Assembly: GCA_050181465.1 (NCBI GenBank)
Contig: JBFXDD010000005.1
Span: 125,587 to 189,586 of the forward strand
Origin: Planctomycetota bacterium
Lineage (GTDB): Bacteria; Planctomycetota; UBA1135; UBA2386
Direction of reading: 5' to 3'
DNA: 64,000 bases
Below are positions 48,117-56,866 of the stretch, one piece after another (the stretch's first letter is position 1; the number at the start of each line of letters is the position of its first letter). The position numbers were made by a program, and so were the translations under genes. The notes under the pieces were generated by a model that was not told the origin of the DNA, searched no databases, and saw nothing but the letters and a program-made list of their open reading frames with translations.

Positions 48117-48368
48117 ACTGGTCGAGGACGCCCTCTCCGAGCGTCTTGGTTCGATGCCGGCGATCGTCGTGACCGGGCATGGGAGCGCTTTCCTCTCAGG
48201 AGATCGCGGCCGGAGATTCTGGTCGATAGATATGATCGAGAGTCATGAGTTCCGTCAGGCGAGTCGGCTTACGAGGGTTCCCTCGGGAACGCAGGTGTCG
48301 ACTGCCCGCTTCCCTCGCCACTCTGACACCGAACTCATGTTCCCCGTTCAACCGGAAGCAAGGGACAA

Positions 48369-50297
48369 GTGACGAGCGAAGCTAACCTCCTCAAGTTCGC
48401 ACTTGCCGTCGGCGTGCTACTGCTGGTCGCCCTCGTCTCATGGATCGTCCTATCCGTGGACGCTGAGCGAACGGGAAGTATGGAATCCAGCCGAGCTTTG
48501 CGTTCGCAAGCGAACAACCACTCACGAGATGGAGTGAGCGGCATTGCGAACCCCGGGCTGGAACGCGCTCGTGTGAAGGTGGGGCAACTCACGGTTCGCG
48601 TTCTCGATTCGAAGTCGGCACCGCTCTCCACCGCCCAAGTGGCCGTCAGGTCGATGGGGCTGGAGGACGACTGGGAACTGCTCGGTGACGCCGGTGACGG
48701 TCGGTTCGCACTGCCGCCGCTGTCTCGATTCGAAGGGAATCTCGTCCAAGTTCAGGTCGTCGCTCCCGGGTTCCTGCCGCATCTGAGCCGGCACCAGGTT
48801 CCTGTGTCATCGAGTCCACAAGACGTCATCGAAGTCGTGCTGTTGGAGCCCGCCGTTCTGGATGTGATGGTTCGGTATTCCGACGGATCGCCCGCCACCG
48901 GGGTCCGGGTTTGCCTGCTGCCGACTCCTGGCAACTTGCGGGTCGAAGAGATCTCTCCCGGACTGTTGCTGGAGCGAGCGATCCTCAGGCGGCCGACTGA
49001 GGACGGAACCGTGTCGTTCACTGGCCTGCAGCCTGACGAACGATACGTGTGTGCCTGTCTTGCCGCGCACGACGACGGAACAACTCGCTCACCCGCGCTG
49101 GAGGTGCGTTCTCTCCTGTTGGCGGAGGGGCGCAACTCCGAGCCGATCCGACTGCCAGCGACCCGCATTCGGGGCGCATTCCTCTCTGCAATTCGGGCGG
49201 AGCGAGGTGAAGCAACACTGCTGTCCATCACCGGTGTGTCCAAAATGAATCGCCCACCGAGCTCCTCGCTCAGTGGGAAGACCATTAGCGAGCTCCTGCA
49301 GACGGATCTTGGCTCGAACGGCAGCTTCGAGTTCCTCGTTCATGAGCCGGGTCGATACGCCATATTGGCCTCCCGAAGCGCGGACAGAGACGTCTGGGTT
49401 GGCGCCTGGGACGTGGACGTGACGAAGCTCGGCATCGACATCGACCTCGGTCAGTTGTCCTCTGCGTCAAACTCCTCGGTACCGGTCCGCGTGGATCTCG
49501 ACGGTCTGGTCCCCGCCTCAGCAATCGAGGACTCGAGATTGGCGGTCAGAGTCGCCACCGGGAGGACGGGCGATCCGAGGTCCTCCGAGGATCTCTACTC
49601 GATCGGATTCCACATGGAGTTGGCTGCCGGCGTGCTCACGACAATTCACGGTCTACCGAACTTGACCGTGTTCTTTCATGCAAGAGAAGTCATCACTCCA
49701 GCGAAGATCGATCCCATTCCGCTGGCGATGCTCCCAAGCTGGAAGTGGAGCGAAGAACAATCTTCGCCGGCCACGCTGGTGGTATCGAGAGATCGTCGCC
49801 CGCGTGTTTCCTTCGTCGTGCATGGGGCGGATGTGCAACCGACTCAAGTCACGGGCTTGGTCATTCATCGAGACGACACTCGCAAGTCCGTCGTGATCTC
49901 GGCGGAAACGGTCACATGGAATCGCGAGGAGCAGGTGCTTCATGCCTTCTGCCGAGCGGACAGCGGCAGGTATAGGGCAGTGTTTCGTTGGAGGGCGGGA
50001 GAGGCGTTCGTCACGGCCGCCGGCGAGTTCGATGTCTTCGACGCGGACGTCTCGTCGGATGTCCGTCCAGCCGCATGCTCGATGGTCGAGTTCAGCGTGG
50101 ACACGGTGAACATCAGTACGCTTCCGGTTCTCAGCTTCGGCTTCGTGGGTAGCGATGAAGTCATCTCGGCGGTCCGGCCGTGGTCCGATGGGATCTATCG
50201 GATCGAGAGCGTCCCGGAGCATCAGTCCATCTGGGTCTACGGCTTGCCCAAGGGCGATTCGATTCGAACGGCCGATCGACGGATCACGTCTCGGTGA
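48369..50297 (+). CDS. Membrane-anchored protein with carboxypeptidase-regulatory-like repeats, function unknown
   Basis: GTG start at 48369. The N-terminal TM helix is KFALAVGVLLLVALVSWIVLSV. Repeats follow of the type LTVRVLDSKSAPLSTAQVAVRS...GDGRFALPPL. The gene is bracketed by repeat copies D and E. Confidence 0.5.
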   Translation: MTSEANLLKFALAVGVLLLVALVSWIVLSVDAERTGSMESSRALRSQANNHSRDGVSGIANPGLERARVKVGQLTVRVLDSKSAPLSTAQVAVRSMGLEDDWELLGDAGDGRFALPPLSRFEGNLVQVQVVAPGFLPHLSRHQVPVSSSPQDVIEVVLLEPAVLDVMVRYSDGSPATGVRVCLLPTPGNLRVEEISPGLLLERAILRRPTEDGTVSFTGLQPDERYVCACLAAHDDGTTRSPALEVRSLLLAEGRNSEPIRLPATRIRGAFLSAIRAERGEATLLSITGVSKMNRPPSSSLSGKTISELLQTDLGSNGSFEFLVHEPGRYAILASRSADRDVWVGAWDVDVTKLGIDIDLGQLSSASNSSVPVRVDLDGLVPASAIEDSRLAVRVATGRTGDPRSSEDLYSIGFHMELAAGVLTTIHGLPNLTVFFHAREVITPAKIDPIPLAMLPSWKWSEEQSSPATLVVSRDRRPRVSFVVHGADVQPTQVTGLVIHRDDTRKSVVISAETVTWNREEQVLHAFCRADSGRYRAVFRWRAGEAFVTAAGEFDVFDADVSSDVRPAACSMVEFSVDTVNISTLPVLSFGFVGSDEVISAVRPWSDGIYRIESVPEHQSIWVYGLPKGDSIRTADRRITSR

Positions 50298-50373
50298 AAC
50301 CACGAACCAGATCACATGACTGGTTCGGAACTCGCCTGAGGGTGATCTCTTGGGAGCACGGCGGACGCTCGTG

Positions 50374-50469
50374 CTAGCCCGGATCACGCGTGAACGTCGT
50401 CGCGACATCGACGCAGCCGGGCGCGAGTTGCGGCGATCGCAGTGGATCTCTACGAATCATCCGGGCTAG
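50374..50469 (+). repeat. Nested-palindrome intergenic element, short form (copy E)
   Basis: Sequence CTAGCCCGGATCACGCGTGAACGTCGTCGCGACATCGACGCAGCCGGGCGCGAGTTGCGGCGATCGCAGTGGATCTCTACGAATCATCCGGGCTAG. CTAG is present at both ends. Confidence 0.92.
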
Positions 50470-50497
50470 AACAGCCACCGCCTTGGGGTTTCCCGAC

Positions 50498-51829
50498 ATG
50501 CGAACTCGACTTCAGCAACAGCTCCTTCGTTTCGGATCGTGCCTGTTACTCGGGATGGCTGCCGGCCGCGCTCAGGACTGGGTCGCCCTCGACCAGGCCT
50601 GCGCTCGAGCCGCTGAGGCCGGATCCACGTTCTACGTGGTGGTCGCAGGCCGGAACACCGAACCGTTCATCCGCACAGCCGGCGAATTGCCTCGCGCGGC
50701 GCAGAACGGAACTCCGTTGCTTCCGCTCGGCGACGTGTCGCGAGTGCTGCTCGCCAGTCTCTTGCGTGCCGTTGCCGGCGACCAACGTATCGACATCGAC
50801 AAGCCGATCGTGCAGGAGGAGGACGCGACTCTCTGGGCACTTGGCCCACCGTTTACTCGATGGACCTGGAGAGAGGTCGTCAACGGGACTGCCGCTGGCG
50901 CTCTTCCAGCATGGCGATTCCTCGGGTCGGGAGACCGGGCACGCAGCTCGGCCGAGTTCCTTGCCGCGCACGCCCTGAAGGATGAGACCGCACGCTGGCA
51001 TCGAGTCGCGAGCAACGAATCGAGCCAGGTACCCGTCGCCGTTCTGCAGGCTGCACTCGAGCGTCGAACGGGGAAGAGTCTCGCAGCCTGGGTCCGCGAT
51101 GCGGGTGCGGCAGCAGGGTTGCCGAGTGCGTGTCTGAGCGACTCCGGGCTCGGCGGGTGTCCGAACGCCGAAATGGATGCCGCGCACGACTTGACGTTGA
51201 CCCCGACGGATCTTCCGCGCTTCCTGCGGGCGATGCTCGATCTCGACTTCAAGCTGAATGTGCACGGTCTGGAGCGGGTCTTCGGCCTGCAACCGACGGA
51301 CTTCGATTTCAGCATCTTCGGGAAGGGCTGCGATCGTCATGCACACGTAGATCGGTGGCGCGGCGCAACTTGCCGCGTGTCGACTTCGTTCGCCGGCGAC
51401 CACGTGTTCTTCTCCTGGTCCGGTGATTCCCGGGAACCAGATTTTCTCGAGGCGTTCCTGAGCGATCTTGACGAGGGCGATGTCCTGTACACGGGAGCAG
51501 TCGGCTACGGCGAACCTCGAGATCCGGAGGCAACCCATGGGATCGACGGCGAACAGGTTGCAGAGTTGAAGGATCTCGACGGCACGATCCGTCTCAGTCT
51601 CTCGGCTCCCGGCGATCAGCCCTGCGTTCGACTCGGCCCTCGCGAGGAGGTGATTCCTCTGACCCGGATCAGGGAGGATCTCTTTGCCGAGTTCGGACTG
51701 GGGGACACCAAGCGTGGTGTGTTGGACCTGCGCTTCGACGACGGTCGCTGGATCGGCACTCTGAGCACCTACGACAATCCACGCTACTGGCTGCCCTGGC
51801 GCATCACGTTCGAACGTGCCGGCCGTTGA
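50498..51829 (+). CDS. Secreted hypothetical protein, possibly a degenerate beta-lactamase/serine-hydrolase-like fold
   Basis: Start at ATG 50498 (MRTRLQQQLLRFGSCLLLGMAAGRAQ signal). LLPLGDVSRVLLASLLRAV resembles the G-S-x-S-K-x-x-TA region of class C/DD-peptidase-like hydrolases, but reads DVSR rather than SxxK. The upstream part of the tracked ORF begins inside repeat E. Confidence 0.4.
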   Translation: MRTRLQQQLLRFGSCLLLGMAAGRAQDWVALDQACARAAEAGSTFYVVVAGRNTEPFIRTAGELPRAAQNGTPLLPLGDVSRVLLASLLRAVAGDQRIDIDKPIVQEEDATLWALGPPFTRWTWREVVNGTAAGALPAWRFLGSGDRARSSAEFLAAHALKDETARWHRVASNESSQVPVAVLQAALERRTGKSLAAWVRDAGAAAGLPSACLSDSGLGGCPNAEMDAAHDLTLTPTDLPRFLRAMLDLDFKLNVHGLERVFGLQPTDFDFSIFGKGCDRHAHVDRWRGATCRVSTSFAGDHVFFSWSGDSREPDFLEAFLSDLDEGDVLYTGAVGYGEPRDPEATHGIDGEQVAELKDLDGTIRLSLSAPGDQPCVRLGPREEVIPLTRIREDLFAEFGLGDTKRGVLDLRFDDGRWIGTLSTYDNPRYWLPWRITFERAGR

Positions 51830-52179
51830 GCGACACTGACGTCGCCGACCACACTCGATACAGCGCCGTGCTTCGTTGGAGAACCGGTGAGGCGTTCGTT
51901 ACGGCCACCGTCGAGTTCGAGGTCTTCGACGAAGACGTCTCCTTGGATGTCCATTCAGCCGCAGGTTCGATCGTTGAGTTCAGCGCGGACCCGGTGAACA
52001 ACCGTGCGTTTCCGATTCTCAGCTTCGGCTTCGTGGGTAGCGATCACGTCTTGGCGAGTCGACGGAGCAGACACACGATTCGCTGCGGGCCCGGCGTTGT
52101 GAACCACTCGGCGGTCGGCAATCACCCATCCACGCGGCGCGCCGCGGTCTTCCACGCGCGCCACTCGCGGGTGAGATAG
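51826..52179 (+). pseudogene. Fragment homologous to the C-terminal part of the 48369..50297 gene (truncated paralogue remnant)
   Basis: The fragment reads HTRYSAVLRWRTGEAFVTATVEFEVFDEDVSLDVHSAAGSIVEFSADPVNNRAFPILSFGFVGSD. The full gene reads SGRYRAVFRWRAGEAFVTAAGEFDVFDADVSSDVRPAACSMVEFSVDTVNISTLPVLSFGFVGSD. DNA 51857-52044 aligns with 49969-50156, and the last ~29 bp are identical. Only ~60 aa are homologous. The TTG start overlaps the upstream stop, and the tail overlaps the convergent gene. Confidence 0.6.
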
Positions 52180-54926
52180 TCGACTTGGATCATGCCGCCC
52201 GTGTAGCGCCAGCCGTTCATCTCGAGCCAGGCGCCGTCGTCGGTGGAGCTTTGGATGTCGAGTTGATGACGAGGGACGTCGATCGTGAGTTGCTCGGCGA
52301 AGGCGCGCATGCCGCGCCACAACATGGATGCGTGGGTCGCGGCGAGCGATTGAACGCTGCCGCTGGTGCGATCGAGTGCCGCACGCAGTCGCAGCGTGGT
52401 GACATCGAGACCGAGAGGGTCGATCGAAGCGTCCCGACGCAGAGCGAGAATTCGTGAAGTGCCGTCGACCATCAGTTCGTCATCGGTCAGAACGATGGGC
52501 GACGACGCGATGACGCGCAGGTTGTCGAGATCACCGCCGTCGGTTCGTTCGCCGGCGTCGCTCACCGTCGCCGCGGGAGCGAGCAGGTCGATCTCCGGTG
52601 CCGATGATGGTCCCGGCCACAACTCGATGCGCGAACCGCCGGCAGCTTGCACGCCGCGGAGTCGATCGCCGCGCGCGAGTAGTCGCCGCCCGCTCGGCTC
52701 GATTCGTTCGAGGACGGCCGGCGAGCCGTGCAACATCGCTGCCGCCGACGAGGGCAGCAGGAAGAGCCGATCGCCCTGACTGCGTCCTTGATCCACCGCG
52801 GCAACGTCACGCCGCACCAGGAGGACATCGCGATCGGCGAGCACGGCCGGCTGCGTGATCGCCAGAGTCCACCGCGAACCCAGGCCGTGTGCGACCAGAA
52901 CGGCGCGCGGCAGAAGGGTCGGCAGAAAGGTGATGCGCCGCGAACTCAGCTCCGCGCTCTCAGCGGCGGCACCGACGGCGTTCTTGGTCCAGGCACCGCG
53001 CACTTCGGCGGGCGTCCCGCGCACGACGATCGCCGGTTGACCGATCGAGTGCGGCACCACATCGATTCGACCGCCGACCAGGGTCCCGCCGCCTTCCCGC
53101 TCGACGCGCGCCGGTGAGCCGAGAACCACGAGTCGCTGGCCGTCCCATGTCTCGATACGTTCGCCGAAGGTCCGAATCGCTTCCTGCCGACCCTTGCCGA
53201 CGTCGAGCGTGGTGGCGAACTCGACCGCGGGTCCGCTCGCGACGATCGAGCGCACGACCTCGCGTCCCTCGATCGATGCCTCGAGTGCCGCCACGCCGAC
53301 GACCTTGCCGCGATCGCTCTGCACGGTGACGTCGGCGACATCCGACCGCAGATCGAGAGCCACGCTGCCGAGCGTCGATCGTTCGATCACGCATCGGCCG
53401 GTGCCGTCGACGACGATCGGCTGACCCTTCGTCGGCACCGTCTCGACGTGAAAGCGCGACGGTGCGGCAGGATCCTCGCCCAGCTGCATCCGTTCGCCGA
53501 GCGGAGATCGCGAATACACGAACCCCTTCGCAGACTCCGCGAGCAGCTCCGGCGAGGTGATCATCGCTGCGTTCGCCGTGCGCGCGATCGCGAGCCCGGC
53601 GTCGCCGGCGAGGATGCGGATGCCGTCCTTGGCGACGATCGTGGACTCCTTCTTGTGATCGGTCAGCGTGGTCTGCTCTTCGAAGCGAAGGAGCCAGCGC
53701 GCCAGGAAACCGAGCCGCAGCGGATTGCCGCCGGCCAGCCGATGTTGCGGTGCCAGCCAACGTTCGAGGTCGACCAGCGATGCGCGGCCCTTGCAGCGCA
53801 CCGAGATTCCGCGCGCCGGGTCGTCGAGCTGCGGATTGCCGTCGGCGACGATCACCGCGGGCTCTCCCGCGAGCGACGGACGGACGACCAACTCCGCGCA
53901 GCGCACCACGAAGGTGTCGAACGCGACCCGCACCGGCGCGCCGCGAAGCAGCAGGTTGCGCCAAGCGCCATCGCCGCCGGCCAACGGTTCGACTGTCGCC
54001 GCGGGGGCCGCGGTGTTCCGCTGCAGCAACGCGATCAACTCCTCGGCTTCCCCGTTCACCGCCTTGCCGCCGGCGAACTCGCCGAGGATGCGCACCGCAT
54101 TGCGCATGGTGAGCCGACCGAACCCGGTGGCGACGTCCTCTCGGTATTGCAGCTTGCCGCTCGCCTGAAGGGTGCCGGCACGACTTCGCACGACGGGATC
54201 GTTGGCGATGTCGAATCGCAGAGTGCCGCCGACCTCGTCCTCGCCGCGAGGCACGAAGCCGTCGACGCCGCGACCGGTCATCGTCACTTCACCGGCCCCG
54301 AGCAGCTTGGCTTCGAAGGGCACCTGGTCGTCCGGGGTGCGCAGGTGAATCCCGCTGTCGTCCTGTCGCACGAGCGCGCGGGCGATCGCGATGCGGATGT
54401 CGGACTGCGACGAGCCGGGGACCGACGTCAGCACGATGTCCGCGAGGTCCATGTCGCGATCCTCGCGGATCGAGGGGCGACCCTCTTCGTCGCGGCCGAT
54501 CTGCACGAGCGCTTCGCGCGCGACGATCTTCGCCACCGCCTTCTCACTCGGCGGGTTCGTCGTCCGATCGACGCGATATACGTCGACCGTGACGCGATCG
54601 AGATGCACGAGGTCGGACGACACCGTCGCGCTGTCCTCGGCGACGAATCGGTAGCGGCGAAGCCGTCGCCTCGAACCGTCGGCGAGCGTGATCTCGACCT
54701 TCGGTTCGATCTGGAATCGCCCGCGCATCGACACCGCGACCGCGCTGTTGCGATCGCCGTCGGGATTGCCGATGACGATCTCGGGCGGCGGCCGTCGCGA
54801 GCTCTCGACCGGCTTCTTCGAGCCGCCGCTCCCCGTGCTCGCGAAGTTCTCGAAACCGATCGCGAAGTGCATGACGCCGAGGGCGACGACGATGAGCACG
54901 ATCGCGAGGAAGAGGCGGCGGATCAT
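52122..54926 (-). CDS. 934-aa membrane-anchored periplasmic protein, possibly an extended LptC/LptA (OstA-fold)-like protein
   Basis: N-terminal TM helix RRLFLAIVLIVVALGVMHF. The rest is long, beta-rich and repetitive (...VTVDVYRVD..., ...IVAREALVQ..., ...VRAFAEQLTIDV...). It lies 20 bp downstream of kdsD on the same strand. The function is inferred from position and composition only. Confidence 0.4.
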   Translation of the reverse strand: MIRRLFLAIVLIVVALGVMHFAIGFENFASTGSGGSKKPVESSRRPPPEIVIGNPDGDRNSAVAVSMRGRFQIEPKVEITLADGSRRRLRRYRFVAEDSATVSSDLVHLDRVTVDVYRVDRTTNPPSEKAVAKIVAREALVQIGRDEEGRPSIREDRDMDLADIVLTSVPGSSQSDIRIAIARALVRQDDSGIHLRTPDDQVPFEAKLLGAGEVTMTGRGVDGFVPRGEDEVGGTLRFDIANDPVVRSRAGTLQASGKLQYREDVATGFGRLTMRNAVRILGEFAGGKAVNGEAEELIALLQRNTAAPAATVEPLAGGDGAWRNLLLRGAPVRVAFDTFVVRCAELVVRPSLAGEPAVIVADGNPQLDDPARGISVRCKGRASLVDLERWLAPQHRLAGGNPLRLGFLARWLLRFEEQTTLTDHKKESTIVAKDGIRILAGDAGLAIARTANAAMITSPELLAESAKGFVYSRSPLGERMQLGEDPAAPSRFHVETVPTKGQPIVVDGTGRCVIERSTLGSVALDLRSDVADVTVQSDRGKVVGVAALEASIEGREVVRSIVASGPAVEFATTLDVGKGRQEAIRTFGERIETWDGQRLVVLGSPARVEREGGGTLVGGRIDVVPHSIGQPAIVVRGTPAEVRGAWTKNAVGAAAESAELSSRRITFLPTLLPRAVLVAHGLGSRWTLAITQPAVLADRDVLLVRRDVAAVDQGRSQGDRLFLLPSSAAAMLHGSPAVLERIEPSGRRLLARGDRLRGVQAAGGSRIELWPGPSSAPEIDLLAPAATVSDAGERTDGGDLDNLRVIASSPIVLTDDELMVDGTSRILALRRDASIDPLGLDVTTLRLRAALDRTSGSVQSLAATHASMLWRGMRAFAEQLTIDVPRHQLDIQSSTDDGAWLEMNGWRYTGGMIQVDYLTREWRAWKTAARRVDG

Positions 54927-54946
54927 CGGCGGGTCATGCGTGAACG

Positions 54947-55921
54947 TCAGCCGATGCGCAGGTCGAGCAGATCTTGCACGTCGAGGAGCCCGACCAGCCG
55001 ACCGTCGGCGGCCACGACCGGCAACTGGTCGACGCGGAAGTTGTGAAGGCTGGCGAGCGCTTCGATCGCGAAGGTGTCGGGCGAGATCGCGCGCGGGTTG
55101 CGGGTCATCACGTCGTCGATGCGCTGCGATCGTAGGTCTGTGACCGCAGCGGACTCGAGCAGCCGTCGCAGATCACCATCGGTGAAGAAGCCGACCAGCC
55201 GATCGCCCGAGTCGACCACGCTGGTGGCGCCGGGGCGGCCGGGGGTGCGGGTCATCACGCCGATCGTCTCGAGCAGGCTGACCCCGCTGCGCACGATCGG
55301 GTTACGGTCGCCGCGGCGCATCAGCTCCTCGACGCGCATCAGTCGCCGGCCGAGGTCGCCGCCGGGGTGGTAGCGCGCGAAGTCCTCCGGGCCGAAGTTC
55401 CGGCCCTCCTGGACCACGATCGCCAAGGCGTCGCCCAGGCACAGCATCGCGGTCGTGGACACCGTCGGCGCGAGCCGCAGCGTGCCGGCCTCTTCGAGAT
55501 CACCGAGCGCGAGCACGAGGTCGGCGTGCTTGGCGAGAGTCGACTCCCGCGATTGGGTCATCGCCACCACCCGGCAACCCACTGCCTTGACCGGGCCGAG
55601 CAGGCGCAGGACTTCTTCGGTTTCCCCCGACTTCGACAGGGCCAGCAAGAGGTCGCCGCGCGCAATGCGGCCCAGATCGCCGTGGATCGCTTCGGCGGGA
55701 TGCAGATAGATTGACGGCGTGCCGGTCGAGGCGAAGGTGGCGGAGAGCTTCTGCGCAATGATCCCGGCCTTGCCCATGCCGGCCGTGACCACGCGGCCGT
55801 CGAGGGCAAGGATCGCGTCGACCGTGCGGAGGAAGTCGCCGTCGACCCGCTCGGCCACCTGACGCAGGGCGTCGGCCTCGGTGGCGATGATCGCTCGTGC
55901 GCGCTGGATGCGGTCGTCCAT
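54947..55921 (-). CDS. kdsD: KpsF/GutQ-family arabinose-5-phosphate isomerase (SIS domain plus two CBS domains)
   Basis: Start at ATG 55921 (MDDRIQRARAIIATEADAL). The SIS motif is GRVVTAGMGKAGIIAQKLSATFASTGTPSIYLHPAEAIHGDLG...LSKSGETEEV. A C-terminal CBS pair follows. Confidence 0.9.
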   Translation of the reverse strand: MDDRIQRARAIIATEADALRQVAERVDGDFLRTVDAILALDGRVVTAGMGKAGIIAQKLSATFASTGTPSIYLHPAEAIHGDLGRIARGDLLLALSKSGETEEVLRLLGPVKAVGCRVVAMTQSRESTLAKHADLVLALGDLEEAGTLRLAPTVSTTAMLCLGDALAIVVQEGRNFGPEDFARYHPGGDLGRRLMRVEELMRRGDRNPIVRSGVSLLETIGVMTRTPGRPGATSVVDSGDRLVGFFTDGDLRRLLESAAVTDLRSQRIDDVMTRNPRAISPDTFAIEALASLHNFRVDQLPVVAADGRLVGLLDVQDLLDLRIG

Positions 55922-56032
55922 CAGGTGCGGGGTACCAGCGCGGATTATGCGCTGTCTCGCCGGCAACTGCGATCGCGGTCAGCAGGTCTGGACCACTTCG
56001 CGCGCGCGCCCCCCTCGCGTAGACTCCGCGTG

Positions 56033-56863
56033 ATGTCCTACCGGGTCGATCTGCCGGTCTTTTCAGGCCCGCTGGATCTGCTGCTCCACTTGGTGAAGCA
56101 GCAGGAGGTGGACGTCCACGAGATCAGGATTGCAGCGATCCTCGACCAATACCTTCGACATCTCGAAGTCCTGCGCGAACTCGACCTCTCCGACCTCGGC
56201 GATTTCCTGGTGATGGCCAGCACGCTGATGGAGATCAAGTCGCGCGAGATGCTTCCGAACGAGACCGTCGAAGTGGAGGCCGAGTTGGACCCCCGCGACG
56301 ACCTCATCCGTCGACTGCTCGAGTACAAGCGCTATCGCGACCTGTCCCGCCGACTCGATCGCCTGGCCCAGCGGCGCGCGCGGATGGTCGACGTCGCCTT
56401 GCCCTTGCCCGAGGCCGTGCAGGACACCTGGAAGCGCCGCGAGGAGAACGCCGACGGCCTCGACCTGGGCGACATCGAGATTTGGACCCTCACTGCGGCC
56501 TTCGCCAAGCTGCTGGAAGAGACCGGCTCGCAGCGGAGCACGCTGGAGATCGAGGTGGACAAGCGCGGCATGCGCTACTTCGTCGACGACGTGCTGTCGC
56601 GCACGCGCGGCAAAGGCGAGGTTCGATTCGAAGCACTGTTTGCCGAGAGGACCGGGCGATTGGCGCTCATCGGAGTCTTCATCGCCGTGCTCGAAATGAT
56701 GAAGCAGGGCGTACTGCGCGCCTGGCAAGGCGACCGCCATGGCGAGATCCTCGTGATCTATCGCGGCGATGAATCCCTCACCGCCGACCAGATCCTGGCC
56801 GGCGGCGAACGGCTCGACGAAGAAGCCCCCATCGAGATCGAGCCCGAACCGACCGAGGACTGA
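56033..56863 (+). CDS. scpA: Segregation and condensation protein A
   Basis: Start at ATG 56033. The sequence MSYRVDLPVFSGPLDLLLHLVKQQEVDVHEIRIAAILDQYLRHL...FLVMASTLMEIKSREMLP is the typical ScpA N-terminus. Confidence 0.85.
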   Translation: MSYRVDLPVFSGPLDLLLHLVKQQEVDVHEIRIAAILDQYLRHLEVLRELDLSDLGDFLVMASTLMEIKSREMLPNETVEVEAELDPRDDLIRRLLEYKRYRDLSRRLDRLAQRRARMVDVALPLPEAVQDTWKRREENADGLDLGDIEIWTLTAAFAKLLEETGSQRSTLEIEVDKRGMRYFVDDVLSRTRGKGEVRFEALFAERTGRLALIGVFIAVLEMMKQGVLRAWQGDRHGEILVIYRGDESLTADQILAGGERLDEEAPIEIEPEPTED

Positions 56864-56866
56864 ACC

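Noticed and set aside
54931-54960. A short match to the repeat arm (GCGTGAACGTC) in the 20-bp spacer between kdsD and the 934-aa gene. It could be a ninth, degenerate copy.
   Set aside because: Only ~11-15 nt match, and there is no partner arm or core sequence. The match is too short to separate from chance in a high-GC genome.
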